Assembly: GCA_964567595.1 (NCBI GenBank) | Contig: CAZMNF010000002.1 | Coordinates: 39,149-103,148 of the forward strand | Reading direction: 5' to 3' | From: an uncultured Thermotogae bacterium | GTDB lineage: Bacteria > Bipolaricaulota > Bipolaricaulia > RBG-16-55-9 | Length of the DNA: 64,000 nucleotides | Shown: positions 35,050-45,303 of the stretch, one piece after another | Numbering within the stretch: the stretch's first letter is position 1 | Layout of the letters: each line of letters starts with the position of its first letter | The notes under the pieces: model-generated | Databases searched by the model: none | What the model saw: only the letters and a program-made list of their open reading frames with translations | What the model was told of the DNA's origin: nothing | Position numbers and translations under genes: made by a program

Positions 35050-36057
35050 ATGGAATTCGCGCCAATTGGCAATCTGACCCTGCAAGCGTCTCGGATCGGC
35101 CTGGGAACGTGGGCGATCGGCGGTTGGATGTGGGGCGGCACGAACGAGCGCCAATCCATCAATACGATCCGGGCCTCGCTGGACGCCGGCATCAACCTGA
35201 TCGACACCGCGCCCGTCTACGGCTTCGGCCGCTCGGAGGAGATCGTGGGCAAGGCGCTTCGGGAGCACGGCGGCCGCGACAAGGTCATTGTTGCCTCGAA
35301 GCTCGGCATGGACTGGAGCGACGACGGCGAGCGCGTCTGGCGCGATGCTTCGCCAGAGCGCATCCAACGTGAGATCGAGGCCTCGCTCCGTCGCCTCGGC
35401 GTGGAGGCCATCGACCTCCATCAGGTCCACTGGCCGGACGCGCTGGTCCCCTTCGAGGAGACCGCTGAGGCCCTTTATCAGCTCCACCAAGATGGCAAAA
35501 TTCGAGCGATCGGCGTCTGCAACCATGCGCCCGAGCAGATGGACGCCTTCCGCGAGGCGGCCCCGCTGGCGAGTTGTCAGCCGCCGTACAACCTCTTCGA
35601 GCGCGAGATCGATGCCGACGTGCTGCCCTACTGCCAGGACGAGGGCATCGCGTTGCTTACCTATGGCGCGCTTTGTCGCGGGCTACTGACGGGCAAGATG
35701 TCCCAAGAGAGCGAATTTACTGGCGACGACCTCCGGCAATTCGATCCCAAGTTCCAGTCGCCGCGCTTCGAGCCGTATCTCGCGGCTGTTGACCGACTGG
35801 ATCGGTTCGCCCAGGACTACGCGGGCAAACGGGTGATCCATTTGGCGGCCCGCTGGATCCTCGATCGCGGCGCGGAGGTCGCGCTCTGGGGCGCCCGTCG
35901 GCCCGAGCAGATCGAGCCCATCGACGATGTTACGGACTGGTCGCTCGACGAGGAAGCCCTCGCCGAGATCGACCGCATCCTCGAGGCGTCCATTGATGAC
36001 CCCGTCGGGCCGGAGTTCATGGCGCCGCCGACGCGGGATCAAGTTGAGGCGCCCTGA
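35050..36057 (+). CDS. Aldo/keto reductase
   Basis: GLGTWAIGGWMWGG...IDTAPVYGFGRSEEIVGKAL...DLHQVHWPD. Confidence 0.9.
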   Translation: MEFAPIGNLTLQASRIGLGTWAIGGWMWGGTNERQSINTIRASLDAGINLIDTAPVYGFGRSEEIVGKALREHGGRDKVIVASKLGMDWSDDGERVWRDASPERIQREIEASLRRLGVEAIDLHQVHWPDALVPFEETAEALYQLHQDGKIRAIGVCNHAPEQMDAFREAAPLASCQPPYNLFEREIDADVLPYCQDEGIALLTYGALCRGLLTGKMSQESEFTGDDLRQFDPKFQSPRFEPYLAAVDRLDRFAQDYAGKRVIHLAARWILDRGAEVALWGARRPEQIEPIDDVTDWSLDEEALAEIDRILEASIDDPVGPEFMAPPTRDQVEAP

Positions 36058-36065
36058 ACAACGCC

Positions 36066-37016
36066 CTATTCCGACGGAACCTCAAGCGAGATTTTGCCCT
36101 GCACGCCGCCCGCTTCGACGCGCCGATGGGCCTCGGCGACGTCGGTCAATGAGACTGTGGAATCGACGACGGGTCGCAGCTGGTCGCGCTCCACCAGGGC
36201 CCGCAGGCCGTTGAGCTTGTAGCGGGCCCGCTCTAGGAACAGAAAGTGGAGCGTGATGTTTTTCAGATAGGCTGGCCCGAGGTTGCCCGATGGCCCCAAG
36301 ATCGTGACGAAGCGCCCATGAGGCTTCGTGATCGGAATGCTTTCGGCAAGCGCGTCTCCGCCGACGGTGTCGAAGGCGACGTCGACGCCGGTGCCGTTGG
36401 TTTCGGTCTCGACGACCGACGCGAAGTCCTCGGACTTGTAGTCGATGGCCCGATCGGCCCCGAGCTCCTGGGCCATCTGGCGCATGTAGTCGCTGCAGAC
36501 GGCCAAAACGCGCGCTCCGGCTGCCCTGGCGATCTGAATGGCGAGCGAGCCGACGCCGCCCGCGCCGTGGACGAGCACCGTTTCGCCCGGCCGCACGTCG
36601 GCGCGCGTGACGAGCGCGTCCCACGCTGTGCCGCCCGCCAAGGGGAGGCTAGCGGCCTCCGCGTGCGAGAGGCCCGTCGGCTTGCGCGCTACGATCGCTT
36701 GATCGGCCGCGTGGTACTCGGCATAGCTGCCCATCCCGCCACCGAAGATCTCCGGCGTGTAGAAAACCTCGTCGCCCGACCGGAAGTCGGTCACCTCGTC
36801 CCCGACGGCTTCCACGACGCCGGAGACGTCGTAGCCGATGACTGCCGGCGGATCCACGGCCCAAGTCCCGGCTTGACGGATTTTGGTGTCGACGGGGTTG
36901 ACCGAGCTGGCGTGGACGCGCACGAGCACCTCCTGCGCGCCGGGCTCGGGGGCCTCGATGTCCTGGGCCTCGAAGACGTCCGGGCCGCCGAAATCGCGCA
37001 TGACCATCGCTCGCAT
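36066..37016 (-). CDS. Zinc-type alcohol dehydrogenase / NADPH:quinone oxidoreductase family protein
   Basis: MRAMVMRDFGGPDVFE...VLVRVHASSVNPVDTK...VLVHGAGGVGSLAIQ. AAGGAGGA lies 7 nt upstream of ATG 37016. The track extension to 37421 is rejected. Confidence 0.85.
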   Translation of the reverse strand: MRAMVMRDFGGPDVFEAQDIEAPEPGAQEVLVRVHASSVNPVDTKIRQAGTWAVDPPAVIGYDVSGVVEAVGDEVTDFRSGDEVFYTPEIFGGGMGSYAEYHAADQAIVARKPTGLSHAEAASLPLAGGTAWDALVTRADVRPGETVLVHGAGGVGSLAIQIARAAGARVLAVCSDYMRQMAQELGADRAIDYKSEDFASVVETETNGTGVDVAFDTVGGDALAESIPITKPHGRFVTILGPSGNLGPAYLKNITLHFLFLERARYKLNGLRALVERDQLRPVVDSTVSLTDVAEAHRRVEAGGVQGKISLEVPSE

Positions 37017-37528
37017 GGCATCGTCCTCCTTTGCGCATGTGTCGGATTGTAGACGGGCGTTTGAGCGTAATCGAGACCGTCCCTGATGCCAAGCCCGGTC
37101 GCGAGCGTCCGAGGCTCTCACGGGTCCCGCGCCAGTGGCAGGGGAGTGGCACATCTCCCGCCCAACCAACTGGCCTCGGATTTTATAGCCCGCCTGCTGA
37201 AGCGGCACGCAACGCGCGATCCCCGTGTGGTTGTTGGTCCCAAGATTTGCGAGGGCAGTGGCCACGCTGGCCAGGGCGTCCCAGGTCCGCATTCGCATTG
37301 ACGGGGATCGCATCCCGTTCTCGGTAAGCCCCGCCAGCGAGATAAACGGCCAGAGCCCGATGCCTGGAACGGGCCGCGCAGGACGAGCTGCCGCGCCTGC
37401 TAGGAGCTTGACGCGCCTCATTGTCAGTCTCTTGCTAATGCCGTAACCTGAAAGTGCTGAGCTGTGTCATCATCTTAAGCAACGTGTCAGTCCAAGCTGA
37501 CCCATCTCCCTAAGGAGGGATGCCCCCG

Positions 37529-38557
<1,029 letters not shown>

Positions 38558-38563
38558 GCCTCG

Positions 38564-39757
38564 ATGAGGACGAAGAAGACGCTCGACGACGTTGACGTCC
38601 GGGGCCAGCACGTCCTCGTTCGCGTGGACTTCAACGTTCCGCTATCCGAGGGGACCGTCGCCGACGACACCCGAATTCGCGCGGCGTTGCCGACGATCCG
38701 GGATCTGGTCGAATCGGGCGCCCGGGTGGTGCTCTGTTCGCACCTCGGGCGCCCCAAGGGCGAGCGAGACGACTCGCTCAGCCTACGTCCGGCCGCCGAG
38801 CGGCTCGCCCAGTTGCTCGACCAGGACGTGGAGACGGCCGACGACTGTGTTGGCGACGACGTCGAGGCCCAGGTGGAGCAGCTGACACCCGGGCGGGTTC
38901 TGTTGTTGGAGAACACGCGGTTCCACGCCGAGGAAAAGCAGAACGAGACCGACTTTTCCCAACAGCTCGCCAACCTGGCCGACGTCTACGTCAACGACGC
39001 GTTCGGGGCAGCCCATCGCGCTCACGCATCCACGGAGGGCGTCGCTCATCACGTCGAGACGGCGGTGATGGGCCGACTGATGGAGACGGAACTGGTCGCC
39101 ATCGCCCAAGCCATCGAACGCCCGGAGCGTCCGCTGGTGGCGGTTCTGGGCGGCGCCAAGATCAGCGACAAGATCGGCGTCCTCCAAAAGTTGCGCGAGG
39201 TGGCCGACACGGTGCTCGTCGGCGGCGGCATGGCCAACACCTTTCTCAAAGCCCGGGGAATCGACGTGGGCACATCGCTCGTCGAGGACGATGCCCTTGA
39301 CGAAGCGAAGCGACTCATGGCGGCGTTCGGTGACGCGCTGGTGTTGCCCGTCGATGCCGTCGTGGCGCCCGAGGTCGACGCAAGCGCCGACCGCCGCACG
39401 GTTGCCATCGATGATATCCCCGAGGGTTGGAAAATCCTCGACATCGGGCCTGAGACGATCACGACGTTCAATGGCCACCTCCGAGATGCGATGACGGTCG
39501 TCTGGAACGGGCCAATGGGCGTCTTTGAAGTCGAGCCGTACGCGGCGGGGACGTTCGCGATCGCACGAACTTTGGCGGAATTGAACGCCATCACGGTCGT
39601 CGGTGGCGGTGAATCCGGCGCGGCCGTCGATCAGGCCGGCGTCGTCGATCAGCTCACGCACGTCTCCACCGGCGGCGGCGCGTTCCTGACGTTGCTCGAA
39701 GGGAGCGAGCTGCCCGGCGTCGCCGTTCTCGACGACCGCGGGGCGGGCTCTCCATAA
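38564..39757 (+). CDS. pgk: Phosphoglycerate kinase
   Basis: VRVDFNVP, SHLGRPKG and GGGMANTFL blocks. Confidence 0.95.
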   Translation: MRTKKTLDDVDVRGQHVLVRVDFNVPLSEGTVADDTRIRAALPTIRDLVESGARVVLCSHLGRPKGERDDSLSLRPAAERLAQLLDQDVETADDCVGDDVEAQVEQLTPGRVLLLENTRFHAEEKQNETDFSQQLANLADVYVNDAFGAAHRAHASTEGVAHHVETAVMGRLMETELVAIAQAIERPERPLVAVLGGAKISDKIGVLQKLREVADTVLVGGGMANTFLKARGIDVGTSLVEDDALDEAKRLMAAFGDALVLPVDAVVAPEVDASADRRTVAIDDIPEGWKILDIGPETITTFNGHLRDAMTVVWNGPMGVFEVEPYAAGTFAIARTLAELNAITVVGGGESGAAVDQAGVVDQLTHVSTGGGAFLTLLEGSELPGVAVLDDRGAGSP

Positions 39758-39766
39758 CCGAACACG

Positions 39767-40321
39767 TCAGGATGCCGAGCTGACGTCGGCGTCCTCGGGC
39801 AGCGCCGGAACGACGAGCACTTGCCGCGTCGTCAGCTCCAAGACCTCGCGCGAGACGCTGCCGATGGCGGCCACGCGCCCCAGGCCGCGCAGCCCTTCGA
39901 AGCCGATGACGATCAGGTCGGCGTCGATGTCGTCGGCCAACTTGACGATCTCGCGCGCCGGCTCGCCGACCCAGCCGCGTGCCTCGTACTCGACCGCGTA
40001 GTCATCCAAGTGTGCAGCGATATCGCGCGCGACGTGGTGGGCCAAGGAGTGCCCTTCCTCTTCCCCGAACCGGCGCTCGGGGAGGTTCCAGCGCCGATAG
40101 ACTTCCTCGTAATAGGCATCGGAGATGATGTCCTGCGGCACGGTGACCGTTTGTTCGCGTTGCTGCCGCCGCAGCTCGTCCCGCAGTTTCTCGTATCGTC
40201 CCTTGGACAGGACGTGGCAGACGGTGACCTGCGCCTCCAACCGCTGGGCCCAGTCGCCCGCCGCGCGAATGACCTTCAGTCGCAGCGGGTCCTCGTTGAC
40301 GGTCGCCAGTATTCGCGTCAT
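39767..40321 (-). CDS. Universal stress protein family (UspA-like)
   Basis: ADLIVIGFEGLRGLGRVAAIGSVSREVLELTTRQVLVVP; GGAGGAGGG lies 5 nt upstream of ATG 40321. Confidence 0.8.
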   Translation of the reverse strand: MTRILATVNEDPLRLKVIRAAGDWAQRLEAQVTVCHVLSKGRYEKLRDELRRQQREQTVTVPQDIISDAYYEEVYRRWNLPERRFGEEEGHSLAHHVARDIAAHLDDYAVEYEARGWVGEPAREIVKLADDIDADLIVIGFEGLRGLGRVAAIGSVSREVLELTTRQVLVVPALPEDADVSSAS

Positions 40322-40822
40322 CCTATCCCTCCTCCGTTGTTGTAACGCGTCAGCGATTCCGGCTGCCATCATACATCATGGGCATCCTCGATTGGGTCCA
40401 TCACCATGTATCGTAGATGCCCCATTCGATCGTTCGCTGTCAACGTCCTCTCGGGAAGCATGCGCCTGACGCCACCGCAGGATGTTTCCCGAGAACACGT
40501 TGGGGCCGTGCTTGCGCGACTTGACGTCGACGACCATCAAGCCGGACCGGCACGGCTTAGCACATGACGCCAAAGCCCGCTGCCCATCCGTCTTGACAGC
40601 GTGTTGTCTTGGGCAGCGTTACCTGATTCAATTGAGGCCAGGGCACGGAAACTCGACGGCTTGACGGAACGGATTGCTCAACCGGACTTGACGATTCCCG
40701 GAATCACTGAATCCAGGCCAACAGGGCGCGGAATCGGGCTCGGAGTCAAACGGGATCCCCGATCTCCAGCGGCTCGGAAGCGACGATCTGCGCTGACATG
40801 CCATCGACGAAGGGAGGAGCCC

Positions 40823-41821
40823 ATGAAGGTCGCCATCTACGAAGCGGAGCCGTGGGAGCAGACGACGTTCGAATCCCTGCAGGCCGAACACGAACTGGCC
40901 TTCGTGGAGGGCCCGTTACGCGCGGACGCGCTCGGGAACGAGACCGACGCCGACGTGGTATCGACGTTCATTTACTCTCGTCTGAGCGCCGACGCCTTGG
41001 CTCAATTTCCGAACCTGAAGCTGATCACGACGCGCTCCACGGGCTACGACCATGTCGATCTCGACTACTGCCGCGAGCACGGCATTACCGTCTGCAACGT
41101 GCCCACGTATGGCGATCACACGGTTGCCGAACACGTGTTCGGGTTGTTATTGACGATCAGCCACAACCTCGTTGAGGCCATTGATCGCACCCGCAAGGGT
41201 GACTTTTCCATGCGCGGCCTTCGGGGGTTCGACCTGCTGGGCAAGACGCTCGGCGTCGTCGGCACCGGCGCGATCGGCCAGCAGGTCGTCCGCATCGCTC
41301 GCGGGTTCGACATGGACGTGTTAGCTTACGACGTCGCCCCCAACGGCGAGCTGGCCCAGGAACTCGGCTTCCAATACGTCGACTTCGACGACGTCCTCAC
41401 GACCTCGGACGTCATCACGCTCCATGTGCCGGCGACGCCGGAGACGCGCCACTTGATCTCGGCCGAGGAGTTCGCCCGCATGAAGCCCGGCGCGGTGCTG
41501 ATCAACACCGCTCGCGGCAACGTCGTCGACACGACGGCACTGCTGGAGGCATTGGCGGAGGGCCGAATCGCGGCGGCGGGTCTGGACGTGCTCTCGGAGG
41601 AGCCGGCCATCCACGAAGAAGCTGAGCTCCTGCGAAAGGAGTTCCGGCGCCAGCACGATATGGAGGCGCTATTGGCCGACCATGTGCTATTGCGCCAACG
41701 GAACGTCTTCATCACGCCCCACAGCGCGTTCAACACGCGCGAGGCCGTGCTGCGCATTCTCGAAACCACCCGCGACAACATTGCCGCGTTCGCCCAAGGA
41801 TCTCCGCAAAACACGGTCTAG
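40823..41821 (+). CDS. D-isomer-specific 2-hydroxyacid dehydrogenase (glycerate/lactate/phosphoglycerate dehydrogenase family)
   Basis: GVVGTGAIGQQV (NAD fold), INTARG and TPHSAFNT. AGGGAGGAG lies upstream of ATG 40823. The track extension from 40601 is rejected. Confidence 0.85.
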   Translation: MKVAIYEAEPWEQTTFESLQAEHELAFVEGPLRADALGNETDADVVSTFIYSRLSADALAQFPNLKLITTRSTGYDHVDLDYCREHGITVCNVPTYGDHTVAEHVFGLLLTISHNLVEAIDRTRKGDFSMRGLRGFDLLGKTLGVVGTGAIGQQVVRIARGFDMDVLAYDVAPNGELAQELGFQYVDFDDVLTTSDVITLHVPATPETRHLISAEEFARMKPGAVLINTARGNVVDTTALLEALAEGRIAAAGLDVLSEEPAIHEEAELLRKEFRRQHDMEALLADHVLLRQRNVFITPHSAFNTREAVLRILETTRDNIAAFAQGSPQNTV

Positions 41822-41840
41822 TTCCGGAGGAGGTTCGACG

Positions 41841-43097
41841 ATGAGCATCCATGGCCATCTCATGCATGTGGAAGACTACGAAGCCTTGATCGGTGCGGAG
41901 GCCGTCGATCGCCTGCAAAGCAAGGCGGACGCCCTCAATGGGCTCCACGTCGCCCACGTCAACTCGACGTACTACGGCGGCGGCGTCGCCGAGCTGTTGG
42001 ACTCACTGACGCTGCTCATGAACAGCGTCGGGGTCAAAGCGGGCTGGCGCGTCATCCAGGGCGCGCCGGACTTCTTCGGGGTCACCAAGAAGATGCACAA
42101 CGCCCTCCAGGGCGGCGATCTCCACATGACCGACATGAAACTGGAGATCTACGAGGGCATCATCCACGAGAACGCCATCCGCAACCATCTCAGTCATCAC
42201 GACATCGTCGTCGTGCACGATCCCCAGCCGTTGCCGCTCATCACCCACTACAAGCGCAAGGGGCCTTGGATCTGGCGCTGCCACATCGACCTCTCCAATC
42301 CCCATGAGGAGCTCTGGAAGTACCTCTCCAGCTACATCGAGCAGTACAACGCCGTCATCCTGAGCATTCCCGAGTACCAACAGGACATGCGCACGCCGCA
42401 GGTCTTTTTCATGCCGGCGATTGATCCCTTCTCCATCAAGAACAAGGAGATGAGCGAGGCGGAGATCGACGAGCGGCTCCGCCACTACGAGATCCCCGAC
42501 GATCTCCCCTTGGTGGTCCAGATCTCGCGCTTTGACCGCTGGAAGGACCCCCTCGGCGTCATCAACGCGTTCAAGAAAGCCCGTGAGGAGTACGGCTTCG
42601 ACGCGACGCTGGTGTTATTGGGCAACGTCGCCACCGACGACCCCGAGGGCGAGGAGGTCTACGAGTCGCTGTTGAGCGAGCGCGACGAGCGCATCGTCAT
42701 CCTCTCGCGCGAGGACACCTCGCTCGTCAACGCGCTGCAGCGCCGCGCGGCCGTCGTGTTGCAAAAGTCGCTCAGCGAGGGGTTCGGGTTGACCGTCACC
42801 GAGGCCATGTGGAAGGGCCAGCCCGTCATCGGCGGCAACGTCGGCGGCATCCGCTATCAGATCGAGGACGGGGCGAACGGCTTCCTCGTCAACACAGTCG
42901 ACGAGGCCGCCCATCGCATCGGCCAACTGATCCAGGATCCGGACATGCGCCAACGCATGGGCGAACAGGCTCGCGAAAACGTCCGCGACAACTTCCTCAT
43001 GACGCGGCTGTTGGAGCAGTACCTTGACCTGTTCAATTCCTTCGAGACGACGCATCGGCTCAAGAACTTCCCCACGGCAGCCATTGCCCAGCCTTGA
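41841..43097 (+). CDS. treT: GT4 glycosyltransferase of the TreT (trehalose glycosyltransferring synthase)-like type
   Basis: VNSTYYGGGVAELL...W.VI.G...FF.VTKKMHNALQG...SLSEGFGLTVTEAMWKG; GGAGGAGG lies upstream of ATG 41841. Confidence 0.7.
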   Translation: MSIHGHLMHVEDYEALIGAEAVDRLQSKADALNGLHVAHVNSTYYGGGVAELLDSLTLLMNSVGVKAGWRVIQGAPDFFGVTKKMHNALQGGDLHMTDMKLEIYEGIIHENAIRNHLSHHDIVVVHDPQPLPLITHYKRKGPWIWRCHIDLSNPHEELWKYLSSYIEQYNAVILSIPEYQQDMRTPQVFFMPAIDPFSIKNKEMSEAEIDERLRHYEIPDDLPLVVQISRFDRWKDPLGVINAFKKAREEYGFDATLVLLGNVATDDPEGEEVYESLLSERDERIVILSREDTSLVNALQRRAAVVLQKSLSEGFGLTVTEAMWKGQPVIGGNVGGIRYQIEDGANGFLVNTVDEAAHRIGQLIQDPDMRQRMGEQARENVRDNFLMTRLLEQYLDLFNSFETTHRLKNFPTAAIAQP

Positions 43098-43898
43098 CCT
43101 TGGCCTCGATTCACCCTGAGGCGCCGTGGAGCCAGCGTCCGGACGCCGTCCTGAGCCACTTCGAGGTCGACGCCGACACCGGGCTGAGTCCGACGGCGGC
43201 CCAGCGCCGGCTCAAGCAGTACGGGCCCAATCGCCTCCGCGCCGCGGCGCAGGCCAGCACGTGGGCGATTCTGCTCGATTAGTTCAAGGGACTTTTGATC
43301 GGGCAACGTCAGCGAGGTCATGATCATCGGCCTCGCGACGCTGGCGGGCGCGCCGCCGCCCATTCTGCCCTTGCAGATCCTGTTCTTGAATCTCGTGACC
43401 GACGTCTTCCCGGCGCTGGCGTTCGGCGTCGGCGAGGGCGACAAGGGCATCATGGAGCGACCGCCGCGCGACCCGGGCGAGCCGATCATCGGAAAACCGC
43501 ATTGGCGCGCGATCGCTGGCTACGGCGGGCTGATCACCGTTGCCGTGTTAGGCGCGTTCGCGCTGGCCTTCGGCTGGCTTGATATGAACTCGGCCGGCGC
43601 GGTGACGGTCTCGTTCCTGACGCTGGCGTTCGCCCAGCTCTGGCACGTGTTCAACGTGCGCGAGCGCCACAGCAGTCCGTGGCGCAACGAGGTCGTGCGC
43701 AATCCTTGGGTCTGGGGCGCGTTGGGGCTCTGCGTCGGGCTGCTGATCGCGTCGGTCTACGTCCCCGTGCTCGCCAGCGTGCTCAGCGTGGTCGACCCGG
43801 GCCCGCGCGGCTGGGGGCTCGTGATCGGGATGAGCCTTCTGCCCTTGATCCTGGGCCAGCTCGGCAAGCTCGTTCGAGGGTTTGGGCCCTCCAATTGA
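43094..43898 (+). pseudogene. P-type cation-transporting ATPase remnant: the N-terminal ~62 codons and C-terminal ~192 codons joined by an internal deletion, plus an in-frame TAG
   Basis: The N-terminal piece (GLSPTAAQRRLKQYGPNRL...WAILLD, then TAG, then FKGLLIG) matches the Cation_ATPase_N region, with TAG 43280..43282 where Q of the QFK motif is expected. From about 43304 a different frame reads NVSEVMIIGLATLAGAPPPILPLQILFLNLVTDVFPALAFG...RPPRDP, which matches the TM5-TM10 end. The A, P and N domains are absent. Confidence 0.75.
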
Positions 43899-44019
43899 GA
43901 CGCGATGGCGTGAGCCGTCCGAATCGGCCGTCCGGCCGAGCGCGCGCTCGGCACGCGTTCACCGGTTGAACCCTGCCTGAGGGTCGCGCTCCACCTCGGA
44001 TCCGGGTTACCATGGGATC

Positions 44020-45048
44020 ATGGTCCTGCTGCTGTTGTATTTGATGCTCGCGCTGGGCGTGTCGTTCCTCTGTTCGATGTTGGAGTCATCGCTCTTGAGC
44101 GTGCCGCGCTCGCACGTGGCGGTGATGGTCGAGCGGGGCAGCCGCGCAGGCAAGCGGCTCGAGCGGATGAAGGGCGACGTGGACCGCCCGCTGGCGGCCA
44201 TCCTGACGCTGAACACCTTCGCCCATACCCTGGGGGCTGCCGGGGTGGGCGCCCAGGCGGCGGTGCTGTGGGGCGAAACATGGGTCGGGCTGGTCAGCTT
44301 CGTGTTGACGCTGCTGATCCTGATCTTCTCCGAGATCATCCCCAAGACGCTCGGGGCCGTACACACCAAGCGCCTGGCGCCGTTCACCGCGTGGACGGTG
44401 CACTGGTTGATGGTGGCGCTCAGGCCGGTCGTGGCCGGGTGCAACGGGATCTCCAAGGTCCTGTCAGGCCGCGAGCAATCGGTGCCTCGGATCGACCGCG
44501 ACGAGGTGCGCAGCCTCGCCCGGCTGGCCCACGAAGAGGGCGCGATCGACGAAAACGAGGCGCACGTGATGCGCAACCTCATCGCCCTGCGCGAGATCAG
44601 CGTTGAGCAGATCATGACGCCGCGCACCGTGGTCTTCACGCTCCGGGCCGATCAGACGGTCGGGGAGGCGACCGAAGGGGAGCCGCCCCGGTTCGCTCGC
44701 ATCCCGCTCGTGGACGAGACGTTGGACGAGGTCCAGGGGCTGATCTACCGACAAGACCTGCTCGCCGCCCGCAGCGAGGGGCGGACGGAGACGCGGCTGT
44801 CGGAGCTGGCTCGACCCGTCCATGCCGTGCCGTGGGCGGCGACGCTCCCGACGGTGTTGGAGACGTTCCTCCGGCGCCGCGAGCACCTCTTCCTGGTCGT
44901 CGACGAGTACGGCGGCACGGCGGGCATCGTCACGCTCGAGGACGTGCTGGAGACGCTGCTGGGGGCGGAGATCGTCGACGAGACCGACTCCGTCGAGGAC
45001 ATGCGCAAGCTCGCGCGGCAGCTGGTGAACGCCAGGCAACGCAGGTGA
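44020..45048 (+). CDS. CNNM/CorC-type transporter-associated protein (DUF21 + CBS pair)
   Basis: LCSMLESSLLSV...ILTLNTFAHTLGAAGVG (DUF21) followed by MTPRTVVF...IPLVDE...GIVTLEDVLETLLG (CBS pair). Confidence 0.85.
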   Translation: MVLLLLYLMLALGVSFLCSMLESSLLSVPRSHVAVMVERGSRAGKRLERMKGDVDRPLAAILTLNTFAHTLGAAGVGAQAAVLWGETWVGLVSFVLTLLILIFSEIIPKTLGAVHTKRLAPFTAWTVHWLMVALRPVVAGCNGISKVLSGREQSVPRIDRDEVRSLARLAHEEGAIDENEAHVMRNLIALREISVEQIMTPRTVVFTLRADQTVGEATEGEPPRFARIPLVDETLDEVQGLIYRQDLLAARSEGRTETRLSELARPVHAVPWAATLPTVLETFLRRREHLFLVVDEYGGTAGIVTLEDVLETLLGAEIVDETDSVEDMRKLARQLVNARQRR

Positions 45049-45303
45049 CGGGCTCGGCGCCGACGCGGAAACCGTCCGGACGCCGACGGCTCGACGGACC
45101 GCCTCGCTCGGAAGGGCTAGGCTCGGCATTTCGCGCATCCGGGGGATCCGCACCGTTCACCGCGTCGGGGTGGGCGCGACTCCGTCTGGGCTGCCCTCGT
45201 CGACGCTGCGTCCCAGGCGTCCTACGCCGCCACCGGCGGCGTTCGCCGACGCTCTCGGCAAGCGTTACCATGATGACCAACTCGTCAGCCGTCGCATGAC
45301 ACC

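Noticed and set aside
37131-37140. B12-box-like GCCACTG (reverse complement of CAGTGGC) in the leader of the minus-strand dehydrogenase gene
   Set aside because: A 7-mer is expected several times by chance in 128 kb of two-strand sequence. The flanking cobalamin-riboswitch core (GGGAA...GGUG.GAAUCC) is absent, and the downstream gene has no B12 link.
36066-37421. N-terminal extensions offered by the ORF track (36066..37421, 40601..41821, 41682..43097, 11904..12911, 27831..30383, 30226..30861, 49260..50393, 50449..51948, 6089..6862)
   Set aside because: In each case the family-typical N-terminus begins at an internal ATG/GTG preceded by a GGAGG-type SD. The upstream extension has no homology-like sequence.
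40521-40693. Four TTGAC(G/A) boxes (40521, 40593, 40661, 40688) as a possible promoter or operator array
   Set aside because: CTTGACG is common throughout the coding sequence of this window, both directly and as the reverse complement of CGTCAAG. None of the boxes has a credible -10 at 16-18 nt.
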